Both the position numbers and the translations under genes were made by a program. A DNA stretch of 64,000 bases from Candidatus Eiseniibacteriota bacterium (GTDB lineage: Bacteria; Eisenbacteria; RBG-16-71-46; CAIMUX01; JAHJDP01), in assembly GCA_018831195.1 (NCBI GenBank), contig JAHJDP010000031.1, forward strand, positions 7,151-71,150, in the 5' to 3' direction. Below the pieces are notes generated by a model. The model was not told the DNA's origin. It did no database searches and was given only the letters and a program-made list of their open reading frames with translations. Every line of letters starts with the position of its first letter. Position 1 is the stretch's first letter. Of the stretch, positions 28,905-38,066 are shown piece after piece.

Positions 28905-29567
28905 ATGACCCTCGGTGACACGACATATTCGAGACCAAAGATCGCCGTGCTGATCCTTTGCGCCGGCGCCTCACGGCGCATGCGATTTCCAAAATTTCTT
29001 TTGGAGATTCAGCGAAAATCAGCGGTGTCTCTGATTTCCTCCATCGCATTGGAACAGCTGGAGGGACCAGTGGCGATTGTGGCGCGGCCGGAGGAGCGAG
29101 AGATTATTGAAACATTATCCGGATTGCCGGATTCTCAACGCTTGTACATCATCGAAAACTCAGATCCGGATGCGGGCCGGACGGGTTCGATCCAGGCGGG
29201 ATTGCAACACTTTTCAAGACTCAGTAGTGAATCACCATCCGGCTGTTTAATTTGGCCGGTTGATCTTCCGCTGGTTCGCCCGCAAACTGTGCGGCGCCTG
29301 GGTTATAAGTTGGAATGGTCCGGTCCCTCGGCGGTCATCATCCCGACTTGGGAGAGCCGAGGTGGACATCCCGTCGCCGTCGGCAAGAACCATTGGCCCG
29401 CTTTGTTTGAGATGGGCCCGGATACTCCTCTCCGGGAACTTTGGAAAGATCCAAAATGCTGTATTGAAATGTTGCCGGTTGAAGATCCTGGTATCCGGGT
29501 TGATCTCAACACGCCGGAAGAGGCGGAGCGCTGGCTAGGGGCTCCCGCACGACCTTGGTCGCCCTAA
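28905..29567 (+). CDS. MobA-like NTP transferase (probable molybdenum cofactor cytidylyltransferase MocA)
   Basis: AVLILCAGASRRM (LAGGxSxRMG motif), GSIQAGL, WPVDLPLV; adjacent to XdhC. Confidence 0.7.
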   Translation: MTLGDTTYSRPKIAVLILCAGASRRMRFPKFLLEIQRKSAVSLISSIALEQLEGPVAIVARPEEREIIETLSGLPDSQRLYIIENSDPDAGRTGSIQAGLQHFSRLSSESPSGCLIWPVDLPLVRPQTVRRLGYKLEWSGPSAVIIPTWESRGGHPVAVGKNHWPALFEMGPDTPLRELWKDPKCCIEMLPVEDPGIRVDLNTPEEAERWLGAPARPWSP

Positions 29568-29654
29568 TCTTATGCACTCGAGTTTCATACGCTTGAGTCG
29601 TTACACTCTTGGGCTATTATGAACCTGGTTTCATGAAACCGAAAAGATGGAGAT

Positions 29655-30422
29655 ATGATTGAAATCTTGAACAAAATGATCGAACTCCTGCAGCGTGGGG
29701 AAACCTTTGCTGTGGCCTCGGTGCTCCGCGCTAAAGGATCCCCGGGACGGATCGGTCACAAAATGATAGTTCGATTCGATGGCTCCACGATCGGGACCGT
29801 CGGGGGCGGTTCAGTGGAAGAGCAAGTTAAAGCCGACGCCATGAATGCGCTGAAAAAGGGCGAAGGGATTTTCAAAGCCTACGACCTCTCTCAAAAATCA
29901 CCCACCGGCATCGACAGTCTATGCGGAGGAAGACAAGACATGGCCATCGAGATTGTTCCCGGAAGGCCTCATCTTTTAATCATGGGCGCGGGTCATATGG
30001 GCCGCAGTATCAGCGACCTCTGCCGGCTTCTCGATTATGGCTACTCGGTCGTAGACGATCGAGCGGAGTTGACGAATCGAGATGACTGGGATAACGCGCA
30101 GGGTGTTTTTTGTTCTGATCCGGCTGAGTTCTTGCGTACCGCCGATGTGACACCCTATACGCATTTGCTGATCATGAATTATACACATCAGCTGGACGGC
30201 GAGTCGTTGCAAGCGGCGCTGGAGCGTTTCCCCGGCATTATCGGCATGATCGGCTCCACTCGGAAGCGGGACGCCATTTACAAGTCACTATCGGATAAAT
30301 TGCGGGAAAAAACCTCATCCGTCAGATGCCCGGTCGGGTTGACATCGATCCCGGCAAGATCCCCCGCCGAGATCGCCGTGGCGATTCTTGGTGAGATCAT
30401 AGGAGACCGGTACGGAGCCTAA
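29655..30422 (+). CDS. XdhC/CoxI-family molybdoenzyme maturation factor
   Basis: XdhC_CoxI N-domain (FAVASVLRAKGSPGRIGHKMIV) plus Rossmann-like XdhC_C domain (LLIMGAGHMG). Confidence 0.8.
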   Translation: MIEILNKMIELLQRGETFAVASVLRAKGSPGRIGHKMIVRFDGSTIGTVGGGSVEEQVKADAMNALKKGEGIFKAYDLSQKSPTGIDSLCGGRQDMAIEIVPGRPHLLIMGAGHMGRSISDLCRLLDYGYSVVDDRAELTNRDDWDNAQGVFCSDPAEFLRTADVTPYTHLLIMNYTHQLDGESLQAALERFPGIIGMIGSTRKRDAIYKSLSDKLREKTSSVRCPVGLTSIPARSPAEIAVAILGEIIGDRYGA

Positions 30423-30465
30423 CGCCCGGGAGGACTCCGCTTAATATGTTTAGGAGATTCGCGGT

Positions 30466-30834
30466 ATGCCTTTTTCATATTCCATTGATCTTGAGAAGGG
30501 TGTTGTAAATGTCAGAGGCTGGGGTGAAATATCATGGGATAATCTCAGCGAACACCTTGGCCACCTTCTCTCGGATCCGGCCCTGCCGCATCCTTATCGG
30601 CATCTTGTGGACCTGCGCGAAGCTGAAAATTTCACTTTGACTTCCGATGACGCCCGGAAGACGGCCGCTCTTTTTGCACAAAGGCCGGCACTCATAGACG
30701 GCAGGCTCGCCTTCATTGCAACCGAACCGCTCGTGTACGGCATGGTCCGGGTTTTGCAGGCCGTGTCCAGGAAAACTATCAATATCGGTGTCTTCTCAAA
30801 CCGGGCTGAAGCGGAAGCCTTCCTTGAATTGTAA
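30466..30834 (+). CDS. Hypothetical protein (122 aa), possibly STAS/SpoIIAA-like fold
   Basis: RBS AGGAGA; weak resemblance to anti-sigma-antagonist pattern only. Confidence 0.45.
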   Translation: MPFSYSIDLEKGVVNVRGWGEISWDNLSEHLGHLLSDPALPHPYRHLVDLREAENFTLTSDDARKTAALFAQRPALIDGRLAFIATEPLVYGMVRVLQAVSRKTINIGVFSNRAEAEAFLEL

Positions 30835-30885
30835 TACCAGAAATTCATTGAATTATAAATCCACAAGTTTTCTGTTTGTATATGC

Positions 30886-31386
30886 ATGGAGACCGCAATG
30901 ACAGGAAGAACAAAAACCGCCCCTGCATTTTCGCTTCCCGACAAGGATGGCCGGATTGTCAATCTGTCTGATTTTTCCGGCAAATGGATTATACTTTATT
31001 TTTACCCAAAAGACAACACCTCGGGCTGTACGCTGGAGGCCATCGACTTCACAGCTATAAAAAAGGATCTGGCAAGGAGAAATGCTATTGTCATCGGTGT
31101 GAGCCCCGATCGCCCCGACTCGCACAAGAACTTCATCCAGAAACACAGGCTGGATGTCCTGCTGCTGTGTGATGAAGAGAAGAAGGTGCTGAAGAAATAT
31201 GGAGCCTGGGGACTCAAGAAGAATTATGGCAAAGAATACGAAGGCGTCATCAGAACAACAGTTCTGATTTCACCTGACGGCAAGATCGCCGATATCTGGC
31301 CTAATGTCAAAGTCAGGATCAAAAGATCCGGCGGCGAAGTGAAACACGCCGATGCCGTCCTGCAGAGGCTGGATGAACTGAATTAG
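30886..31386 (+). CDS. bcp: Peroxiredoxin, Bcp/PrxQ type (thiol peroxidase)
   Basis: FYPKDNTSGCT active-site motif; likely true start ATG 30898 (GGAG 7 nt upstream). Confidence 0.9.
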   Translation: METAMTGRTKTAPAFSLPDKDGRIVNLSDFSGKWIILYFYPKDNTSGCTLEAIDFTAIKKDLARRNAIVIGVSPDRPDSHKNFIQKHRLDVLLLCDEEKKVLKKYGAWGLKKNYGKEYEGVIRTTVLISPDGKIADIWPNVKVRIKRSGGEVKHADAVLQRLDELN

Positions 31387-31414
31387 CCCGGGAAATTCAG
31401 GGGGGTTGGAAATC

Positions 31415-32299
31415 ATGACGTCACAAGACAATTCGAGCAAAATGAACGAGACAATCCGTCTCCTCCACGAACGGGCGAGTCTGCGAAGTTATGATGACCG
31501 GGCAATCGAGCCGGAGGTTATGTCGGCAATCCTTGAAGCGGGCATGCATGCCCCTACCGGGGGAAATCTGCAGCCGTACTCGATTATTCAGATAAATAAA
31601 CCGGAGACACTGGAGAAGCTCGGAGAGATGTGCGAGCAGAAATTCATCGGTACGGCCCCGGTCAATCTGGTCTTCTGTCTCGACTTGCGACGGAATAGGC
31701 GCTTGGCCGAAATCGGCGTCGCTCCTTATACAGCCCAGCACTCCTTCCGGCATTTTTGGGTGGCGTTCCAGGACACATTGATTGCCGCGCAAAATATCTG
31801 TACCGCGGCCGACGCCTTAGGTCTCGGCTCATGCTATGTCGCGACAATATTGGAGCATATTGAGGAGATCTGCCGCATGTGCCGTCTTCCGGAGGGTGTC
31901 TTTCCCATCGTATTGCTCACTCTGGGATATCCCAAAACCAAGCCCACGATCAGAAAGAAGTTCAGCACCGATATCATGGTTCATAAAGAGACCTACAAGG
32001 ATATCCCCGATGACGTACTCTATAGCGCCTATATTGAGAGAGAAGACAACAAACAACTCATCCTCAATGAGGATCGCCTGGAAAAGATAAAGCGGGTCTG
32101 TCAGCGCACGCACGGCGAAGACTATGCGGAGAAATGTGAAGAAGCGATTAAGAAGGCCGGCTATATCAACCCTGTTCAAAACAGATTCGGCCTGCACTAC
32201 AAAGCCGATGAGATGCCGCAGGGGAATTTGGATTTTCTTGCTCAGCTCGAGAACCAGGGTTTTGATTGGTTCAAGGAGTGGGTCCCCAGGTCAGATTGA
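31415..32299 (+). CDS. Nitroreductase-family protein with ~110-aa C-terminal extension
   Basis: RSYDDRAIEPEVMSAILEAGMHAPTGGNLQPY nitroreductase core; RBS GGGGG; ORF track starts at TTG 31406. Confidence 0.8.
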   Translation: MTSQDNSSKMNETIRLLHERASLRSYDDRAIEPEVMSAILEAGMHAPTGGNLQPYSIIQINKPETLEKLGEMCEQKFIGTAPVNLVFCLDLRRNRRLAEIGVAPYTAQHSFRHFWVAFQDTLIAAQNICTAADALGLGSCYVATILEHIEEICRMCRLPEGVFPIVLLTLGYPKTKPTIRKKFSTDIMVHKETYKDIPDDVLYSAYIEREDNKQLILNEDRLEKIKRVCQRTHGEDYAEKCEEAIKKAGYINPVQNRFGLHYKADEMPQGNLDFLAQLENQGFDWFKEWVPRSD

Positions 32300-32351
32300 G
32301 CGTGGAGGCATCTTCCTAAAAAATTTCCAGAATAATCATCCTACCCTAGAC

Positions 32352-32380
32352 TGAACCTGACGTCCCATCGCATCGTCTAA
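32352..32380 (+). promoter_or_regulatory. Candidate ECF-type promoter TGAACC-N16-CGTCTAA upstream of sigma gene
   Basis: AAC...CGT spacing of 16 nt matches ECF sigma promoter architecture; 45 nt upstream of ATG. Confidence 0.35.
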
Positions 32381-32424
32381 TAGCTGAACTCATTGACAGA
32401 TCCAAGAGGAGCGCTTGACCGCGA

Positions 32425-32949
32425 ATGGCTCTTGAGAATGAAAACGCCGTTATCCGGCGCTGCCAACGCGGCGAAATCGACGCCTTTGAGACCATCTATC
32501 ATTATTACGAGGAACAACTTATGGCGGTGGCGTTCCGCCTGCTGAGCAACCGCGAGGAGGCCGAAGAGGCCCTTCATGATGCGATGTTCAAGGCCTACCG
32601 CAAAATAGGACAATTCCGCCATCAGGCCTCGTTCTCAAGCTGGCTGCACCGGATCGTCATCAATATCTGCTATGACCGGTTGCGCAAAATGAAACGCCGC
32701 GGGGCACAGAAGCCCTTGGAGGAGCTCGGGGAGATCGGCAGGGAGGACAATATGGAACTGCGGCGGCGCCTGCATGAAGCGATTGCCGGGTTGCCTCCAA
32801 AGATGAAGACCTGCTTTGTGCTGTTCGTGCAGCAGGGGTACAAGCAACAGGAGATCGCCGACATGCTGGATATCAAGTTGGGAACGGTCAAGCTCCATGT
32901 TTACGAAGCCCGGACCCGTCTGCGCGAGACTCTGGCCGATCAAATGTGA
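32425..32949 (+). CDS. ECF (sigma-70 group 4) RNA polymerase sigma factor
   Basis: Region 2 (SWLHRIVINICYDRLRK) and region 4 (QEIADMLDIKLGTVKLHVYEARTRLRE). Confidence 0.9.
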   Translation: MALENENAVIRRCQRGEIDAFETIYHYYEEQLMAVAFRLLSNREEAEEALHDAMFKAYRKIGQFRHQASFSSWLHRIVINICYDRLRKMKRRGAQKPLEELGEIGREDNMELRRRLHEAIAGLPPKMKTCFVLFVQQGYKQQEIADMLDIKLGTVKLHVYEARTRLRETLADQM

Positions 32950-33040
32950 AAGGGGTCGGCTGAAGTCTATGATGGAAGTATCTGAAAGAAGAGTCCGACA
33001 AAGATGATTCATAGAAGTGTTTCATAGAGGTGTCCACCCG

Positions 33041-33724
33041 ATGAATTGCGACAAGTATCGACAGCGCGAGATTGGTGAAATCACACCGGACGAATTCGCC
33101 CGACACGCAGAGACGTGTCGGATCTGCGGAGACGCCCTCCGCATCGATCGCCGTATCGAATCCGAGGCGGCCGGCCTCCCGATTCCGGATCCCACTCCCG
33201 GCCTCTGGTGGAAAATCGCCGTCGATCTCGAAAGGGAACAGATCCGCGACCGATTGCTTTGGCGTGATCTGTCGGCTCATCTCAAGAAATGGATCCGTCC
33301 ACAACACCATCCGGTGTTGAAAATCGCCGCTGTATCCGTTCTTGCGATCGGCCTGGCTTTCATCTTATACCCGCGCTCCTCTCCAACCATCAGGAGAAAT
33401 CTGTTAACAGAACAGGCGCTCGATCGGGCTGAAGCGCTTGAAAACGAATATGTACAAGCGATCGAGGAACTGGAGTTGCTTGCCCAACCGCTGATCGCCG
33501 ACATTGATACCGAGTTGCGGCTGCACTATCGTTCACGCCTCGAGACGATCGATACGCAAATTAGACGCTGCCGCGCCGCGCTGGAAAGCGATCGCGGCAA
33601 CGCTCATATTCGGCGCTATCTGCTCACCGCCTATCAGGATAAACAGGAAACAATAGCCAACCTTATTAGACTATCCGAACAATCAAAGAAATCTCCAAGG
33701 ATGAGAAAGGAGCTTGAGATATGA
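33041..33724 (+). CDS. Anti-sigma factor (zinc-finger zf-HC2 type, single TM)
   Basis: CDKYRQREIGE...HAETCRICGD N-terminal HxxxCxxC motif, central TM helix; RBS GAGGTG. Confidence 0.8.
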   Translation: MNCDKYRQREIGEITPDEFARHAETCRICGDALRIDRRIESEAAGLPIPDPTPGLWWKIAVDLEREQIRDRLLWRDLSAHLKKWIRPQHHPVLKIAAVSVLAIGLAFILYPRSSPTIRRNLLTEQALDRAEALENEYVQAIEELELLAQPLIADIDTELRLHYRSRLETIDTQIRRCRAALESDRGNAHIRRYLLTAYQDKQETIANLIRLSEQSKKSPRMRKELEI

Positions 33725-35307
33725 CAACTCGAACACGACCGACGATGGGATTTCTCGCACAGTCTATTATAGCATCCGCCTTTTTAATCGCGTCGCCATT
33801 TCTCGTCGCATCCCCGGCATCAGCCGGCAAAACCGAGAATTTTACATGGAGTACCGAGATGATCAGCGATGAGGTTGTGCCGACGCATACACTTATTATA
33901 TCCAGTCCCGGTGGATCCATTACGATCGAACCGAGCGATCAGAACATTATCTCATTGAAAGCGACACTCGAGATGGTCAATGTCGACAAAAGAAATATGG
34001 ACCGCTTTGCACAAGAAACGAAAGTCACTCTGGAACCGCGTAAGGACAGCTATCAGGTTATTGTTAAAACTCCCGAATCGATTGGGATAACATTGAAAAA
34101 TCTACCCAGAATCGTCAGGGGTTGTATTGAAGAACTCAAAGGCGGCGGGTGGAACTATTTTCCGTCGGCGGAAGTCGATTTGGAAATAAAAATTCCTCGT
34201 GACATGCCGGCGCAAATCGAAACCAGCTACGGCAACGTCTCGGTGACCGGTATCAGCGGAGAGATTGAGATTGTTAATGAAAGCGGCGAGGTCACGCTTC
34301 AAGACATTGGGGGCGGCGCCAAGATACGAAACAGCTATGGCAAAGTCAGCGTCTTACACTGCTCCGGCGATATCGCCGTCATTAATAGCAGCGGCGAAGT
34401 CGATATCGAGGGCGCCGGCGGCACCGTCGATGTTCAATCCTCCTATGAAGACATCTCCGTTCGGCAGGTCTCAGGAGCCGTCATCCTTCGCAATGAGAGC
34501 GGCCGGGTGACAGCGATCGATATCGGTGGTGATGTGCAAATTGAGAGTTCCTATGAGCCGGTGCGGGTCGCGCACGTAACCGGCGGGGCGACGATCACTT
34601 GCGAGAGCGGCGCGATCAACGTTCTGGACATCGGCGGCGACGCCCACATCAAAACCTCCTATGAACCGGTCGAGCTGAGCGATGTCAAAGGAAGCGCCGG
34701 GATCGACGCCTCGAATTCCGAGATCTCGGTCGAGGGGGTTTTGGGATCCGTCGATATTAAGTCCAGCTATGAGCGCGTTCACGTTTTGAAGGTCGGCGGA
34801 TATTGCACTGTCCGAACCGAATCAGCGCAAGTGATATTGGGTGAAATCACGGGAGAGGTGAACGTCCGATCGAGCTACGAATCTATCGAAGCCCGCAATA
34901 TCGGCGGCGCCCTCTCGATCGACGGAGATTCCAGCCCCGTCATCGTCGATAGGGTCGACGGACCCCTCAAGATCCAGAACAGCTATGAATACGTCATCGT
35001 GAAGGGCACGAAATCCTCGGTGCAGATCACCGGGAGCAGCAGCCCGGTTGAGATTTCTGAGATCCGCGCCTTCCCCAGCGATGGCCTGATCGATGTCGCC
35101 ACATCATATGAACGAATCACCCTCTACCTCCCCGCGGATCCTTCGGCCCGCATCCGGGCTGCGACCAGCGACGGCGAGATCGAATCCGACTTCCCCATGA
35201 CCTACCAGAAGAATGGGGAGTGGAGAGCGGAGATGGAGCTGGGTTCGGGAGGGTGTGAGATCACCCTTGAGACCTCAGGCGACATCTATATAAAGAAGGC
35301 TCATTGA
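33721..35307 (+). CDS. DUF4097-type repeat protein (putative beta-helical adhesin-like) co-encoded with sigma/anti-sigma
   Basis: ATGA overlap with anti-sigma; signal peptide; ~15 tandem ~19-aa repeats (SSYExVxVxxVxGxxxIxxESGxVxVxDIGG). Confidence 0.75.
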   Translation: MTTRTRPTMGFLAQSIIASAFLIASPFLVASPASAGKTENFTWSTEMISDEVVPTHTLIISSPGGSITIEPSDQNIISLKATLEMVNVDKRNMDRFAQETKVTLEPRKDSYQVIVKTPESIGITLKNLPRIVRGCIEELKGGGWNYFPSAEVDLEIKIPRDMPAQIETSYGNVSVTGISGEIEIVNESGEVTLQDIGGGAKIRNSYGKVSVLHCSGDIAVINSSGEVDIEGAGGTVDVQSSYEDISVRQVSGAVILRNESGRVTAIDIGGDVQIESSYEPVRVAHVTGGATITCESGAINVLDIGGDAHIKTSYEPVELSDVKGSAGIDASNSEISVEGVLGSVDIKSSYERVHVLKVGGYCTVRTESAQVILGEITGEVNVRSSYESIEARNIGGALSIDGDSSPVIVDRVDGPLKIQNSYEYVIVKGTKSSVQITGSSSPVEISEIRAFPSDGLIDVATSYERITLYLPADPSARIRAATSDGEIESDFPMTYQKNGEWRAEMELGSGGCEITLETSGDIYIKKAH

Positions 35308-35451
35308 TCCGGCCTTCCGTCAAAGACCGGATCAGCAGCTTGGGTTGCAACCGCTGGCCGCATTGAAGACCGCCACAATGAAGCTTGCCGTCGTGAATAT
35401 TTTCATACTATCATAGGTTAGTACTAAATTTTGAAGTTCTCCGGAGGGAAA

Positions 35452-36276
35452 ATGGACTTCGAACGCAGCGTCCAAGTCTTTGAAGATCTTGGGCTTAGTC
35501 GACTCGAGGCCGAAATCTATCTTTATCTCGTCCAGAATGCCCCCGCGACCGGGTATCGGGTGGCCAAAGGGCTCAACCGGCCGAACTCCAACACCTATAA
35601 GTCCATCGAGACACTGGCTTCAATGGGAATGCTGCTCGCTGAGGACGCCCATCGCCGGCAATGGCGGGCGATTCCCGTAAAGGACCTCCTCGACCGGATG
35701 GAGCGCCGGTTCCAGGAAAGAAAAATCTGGGCTGAAAAGAATATCCGTCCCCATGAACCCGTCGAAACCGATGACAGAATCTATCACCTCACAACAACTG
35801 ACCAGGTTTTCGAACGGGCCGAGTGGATGCTGGAGAGATCCAAACGAGATGCCTTCATCGCCCCATTTCCAAAAGTTTACACCCGCCTATGCGAACCGAT
35901 TCGCCGGGCGATCTCATGCGGCATTAAGGTCGCCCTCCTTGTTTATGAACCGACTCAGATGCCGGGGGCCCAGGTCGCCCTGCATAAAGACGCCCGTTCT
36001 CTCCTCGAGCGCCGGCCGGGACAGTGGCTGACAATGGCAACCGATGCTTCGCAATGGCTGCTGGCCACCATCGCCCCCGACGGCGATACGGTCCAGCAAG
36101 GGGTCTGGACCGCCAATCCGATGGTCGCCCGGGCTTACCACCATTGCGCCCACTCGGAATTCCTCATTTCGGCCATGCTGGCCGATCCCGCCGCCCACCA
36201 TCCGGCACCGGCGCTCTATGACCGGTGGATCCATAAACTGCCCTACCCCAGGGAAAACCCAACGAGAGCAGAGTGA
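35452..36276 (+). CDS. TrmB-family transcriptional regulator
   Basis: N-terminal winged HTH LGLSRLEAEIYLYLVQNAPATGYRVAKGL typical of TrmB; RBS GGAGGGAAA. Confidence 0.7.
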   Translation: MDFERSVQVFEDLGLSRLEAEIYLYLVQNAPATGYRVAKGLNRPNSNTYKSIETLASMGMLLAEDAHRRQWRAIPVKDLLDRMERRFQERKIWAEKNIRPHEPVETDDRIYHLTTTDQVFERAEWMLERSKRDAFIAPFPKVYTRLCEPIRRAISCGIKVALLVYEPTQMPGAQVALHKDARSLLERRPGQWLTMATDASQWLLATIAPDGDTVQQGVWTANPMVARAYHHCAHSEFLISAMLADPAAHHPAPALYDRWIHKLPYPRENPTRAE

Positions 36277-36293
36277 AGCGCAAAGGACGCACC

Positions 36294-37019
36294 ATGAAAT
36301 CCGGTTCATTCTGGAGACAGAAACCTCTCTGGTGGGCTTATCGGATCGCCATGGGTTTGGCGGTCTTGCTTGTCGTCATGCCGAGTCTCTATCTCGGCAT
36401 TCATCGATGGATACCCATACCCATGACCTCTTTCATGATCCAGGATCGTCTCCATGCCAGATTCGCCGGAGAGCAGGATTATATATTTCGTTATGAATGG
36501 ACCCCGTGGCATCAGATCTCCCCACATGCAGGTATCGCCGTTGTGGCGGCGGAAGACCAAAAGTTTCCATGGCATTCCGGCTTCGATGTCGAGGCGATCG
36601 AAGAGGCCTGGGAAGATCATCAGAAGGGCGGGCGCCTGCGCGGGGCGAGCACGATTTCGCAGCAGGTCGCCAAAAATCTCTTTCTATGGCCAGGGCGCAA
36701 CTTTGTTCGCAAGGGTTTTGAAGCCACCTTCACTATCCTGATCGAATTCTTCTGGCCAAAGAAACGCATCCTTGAGGTTTATCTCAATACGGCGGAAATG
36801 GGCCGCGGCGTCTTCGGTGTCGGGGCGGCCGCCCGGCTTTACTTCAACAAATCACCCGGAAATCTCACAGCGCATGAATCCGCCCTGCTCGCCGCCGTCC
36901 TGCCGAATCCCATCCGTCTTCGCGCTGATAGACCCTCGGCCTACGTCAACCGGCGCGCGGAATGGATTCAAAAGCAGATGCGGCAACTCGGTGGGGCCTA
37001 TTACCTCAGCGGGATTTGA
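36294..37019 (+). CDS. mtgA: Monofunctional peptidoglycan glycosyltransferase (GT51)
   Basis: GASTISQQVAKNLFL and other GT51 motifs; alternative GTG start 36273 overlapping trmB stop. Confidence 0.85.
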   Translation: MKSGSFWRQKPLWWAYRIAMGLAVLLVVMPSLYLGIHRWIPIPMTSFMIQDRLHARFAGEQDYIFRYEWTPWHQISPHAGIAVVAAEDQKFPWHSGFDVEAIEEAWEDHQKGGRLRGASTISQQVAKNLFLWPGRNFVRKGFEATFTILIEFFWPKKRILEVYLNTAEMGRGVFGVGAAARLYFNKSPGNLTAHESALLAAVLPNPIRLRADRPSAYVNRRAEWIQKQMRQLGGAYYLSGI

Positions 37020-37120
37020 CCGGCGGATCCCTCAACGACAACCTCAACCGGCGTTGATCGGCCGGAGTTCCCAAACCTCCCCTGGACATCCGGCCGCGGC
37101 TGCTCCATCATTAGCCGGTC

Positions 37121-38053
37121 ATGACTCCATTACATAAACATAAGCATGGTCACAGCCATGGACACCGACCGGCACCGTCCCAGGCCGGTGACTATCACCG
37201 CACCTTTATCATTGGGATCTGTCTCAATGCCGGTTTCGTATTCATTGAGGCCTTGTCTGGAATTATTTCCGGGTCGCTGGCCCTGCTGGCCGACGCGGGG
37301 CACAATCTCAGCGATGTCTTGGGCCTTATCCTTGCATGGGGCGCCACCCGGCTCGCAACCCGGGCGCCAACACCTTATCATACCTATGGTTTTCGCCGTT
37401 CGACGATCTTCGCCGCCCTGCTCAACGCGATTATCCTGCTGTTCGCCATCGGCGGCATCGCCTGGGAATCGATGCGCCGGTTGAACAATCCCCCACCCGT
37501 AGCGGGCGGCACCATAATGATTGTGGCGGCGGCCGGCATTGTCATCAATGGACTGACCGCCTGGCTCTTCTGGTCGGGCCGGCGGCATGATCTCAATATC
37601 CGCGGAGCTTTCCTCCATATGGCGGCCGACACATTGGTTTCGGCCGGCGTCGTCCTCGCCGGGCTGGCCATCACACTGACACATCTGCTCTGGATCGATC
37701 CTCTCATCAGTTTCATTATTGTGGTGGTCATTTTTGCCGGAACATGGGGATTGTTAAAGGAATCGGTTCTCATGGCGATGGATGCCGTCCCAAAGGGAAT
37801 CGATCCTGTCGCCGTTCGCGCTTATCTGACGGATCTCCCTGGCGTCACAGCCGTGCATGACCTTCACATTTGGGCGACAAGCACTACGCAAACAGCCCTT
37901 ACCGTACATTTGGTAAAGCCCGATCCCACAGATGATGACGCGGTGCTCACTCACATTTGCATCGCTCTCAAAAATGATTTCGGTATCAGCCATCCCACAA
38001 TACAGTGGGAGCGGAACGATTGCGCAGCGCCCTGCGCTCCCCGGTCTTCATGA
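37121..38053 (+). CDS. Cation diffusion facilitator (CzcD-like) metal efflux transporter
   Basis: His-rich N-terminus HKHKHGHSHGH, CDF signature GSLALLADAGHNLSDV, six TM helices, C-terminal cytoplasmic domain. Confidence 0.9.
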   Translation: MTPLHKHKHGHSHGHRPAPSQAGDYHRTFIIGICLNAGFVFIEALSGIISGSLALLADAGHNLSDVLGLILAWGATRLATRAPTPYHTYGFRRSTIFAALLNAIILLFAIGGIAWESMRRLNNPPPVAGGTIMIVAAAGIVINGLTAWLFWSGRRHDLNIRGAFLHMAADTLVSAGVVLAGLAITLTHLLWIDPLISFIIVVVIFAGTWGLLKESVLMAMDAVPKGIDPVAVRAYLTDLPGVTAVHDLHIWATSTTQTALTVHLVKPDPTDDDAVLTHICIALKNDFGISHPTIQWERNDCAAPCAPRSS

Positions 38054-38066
38054 TAAATACACTTTA

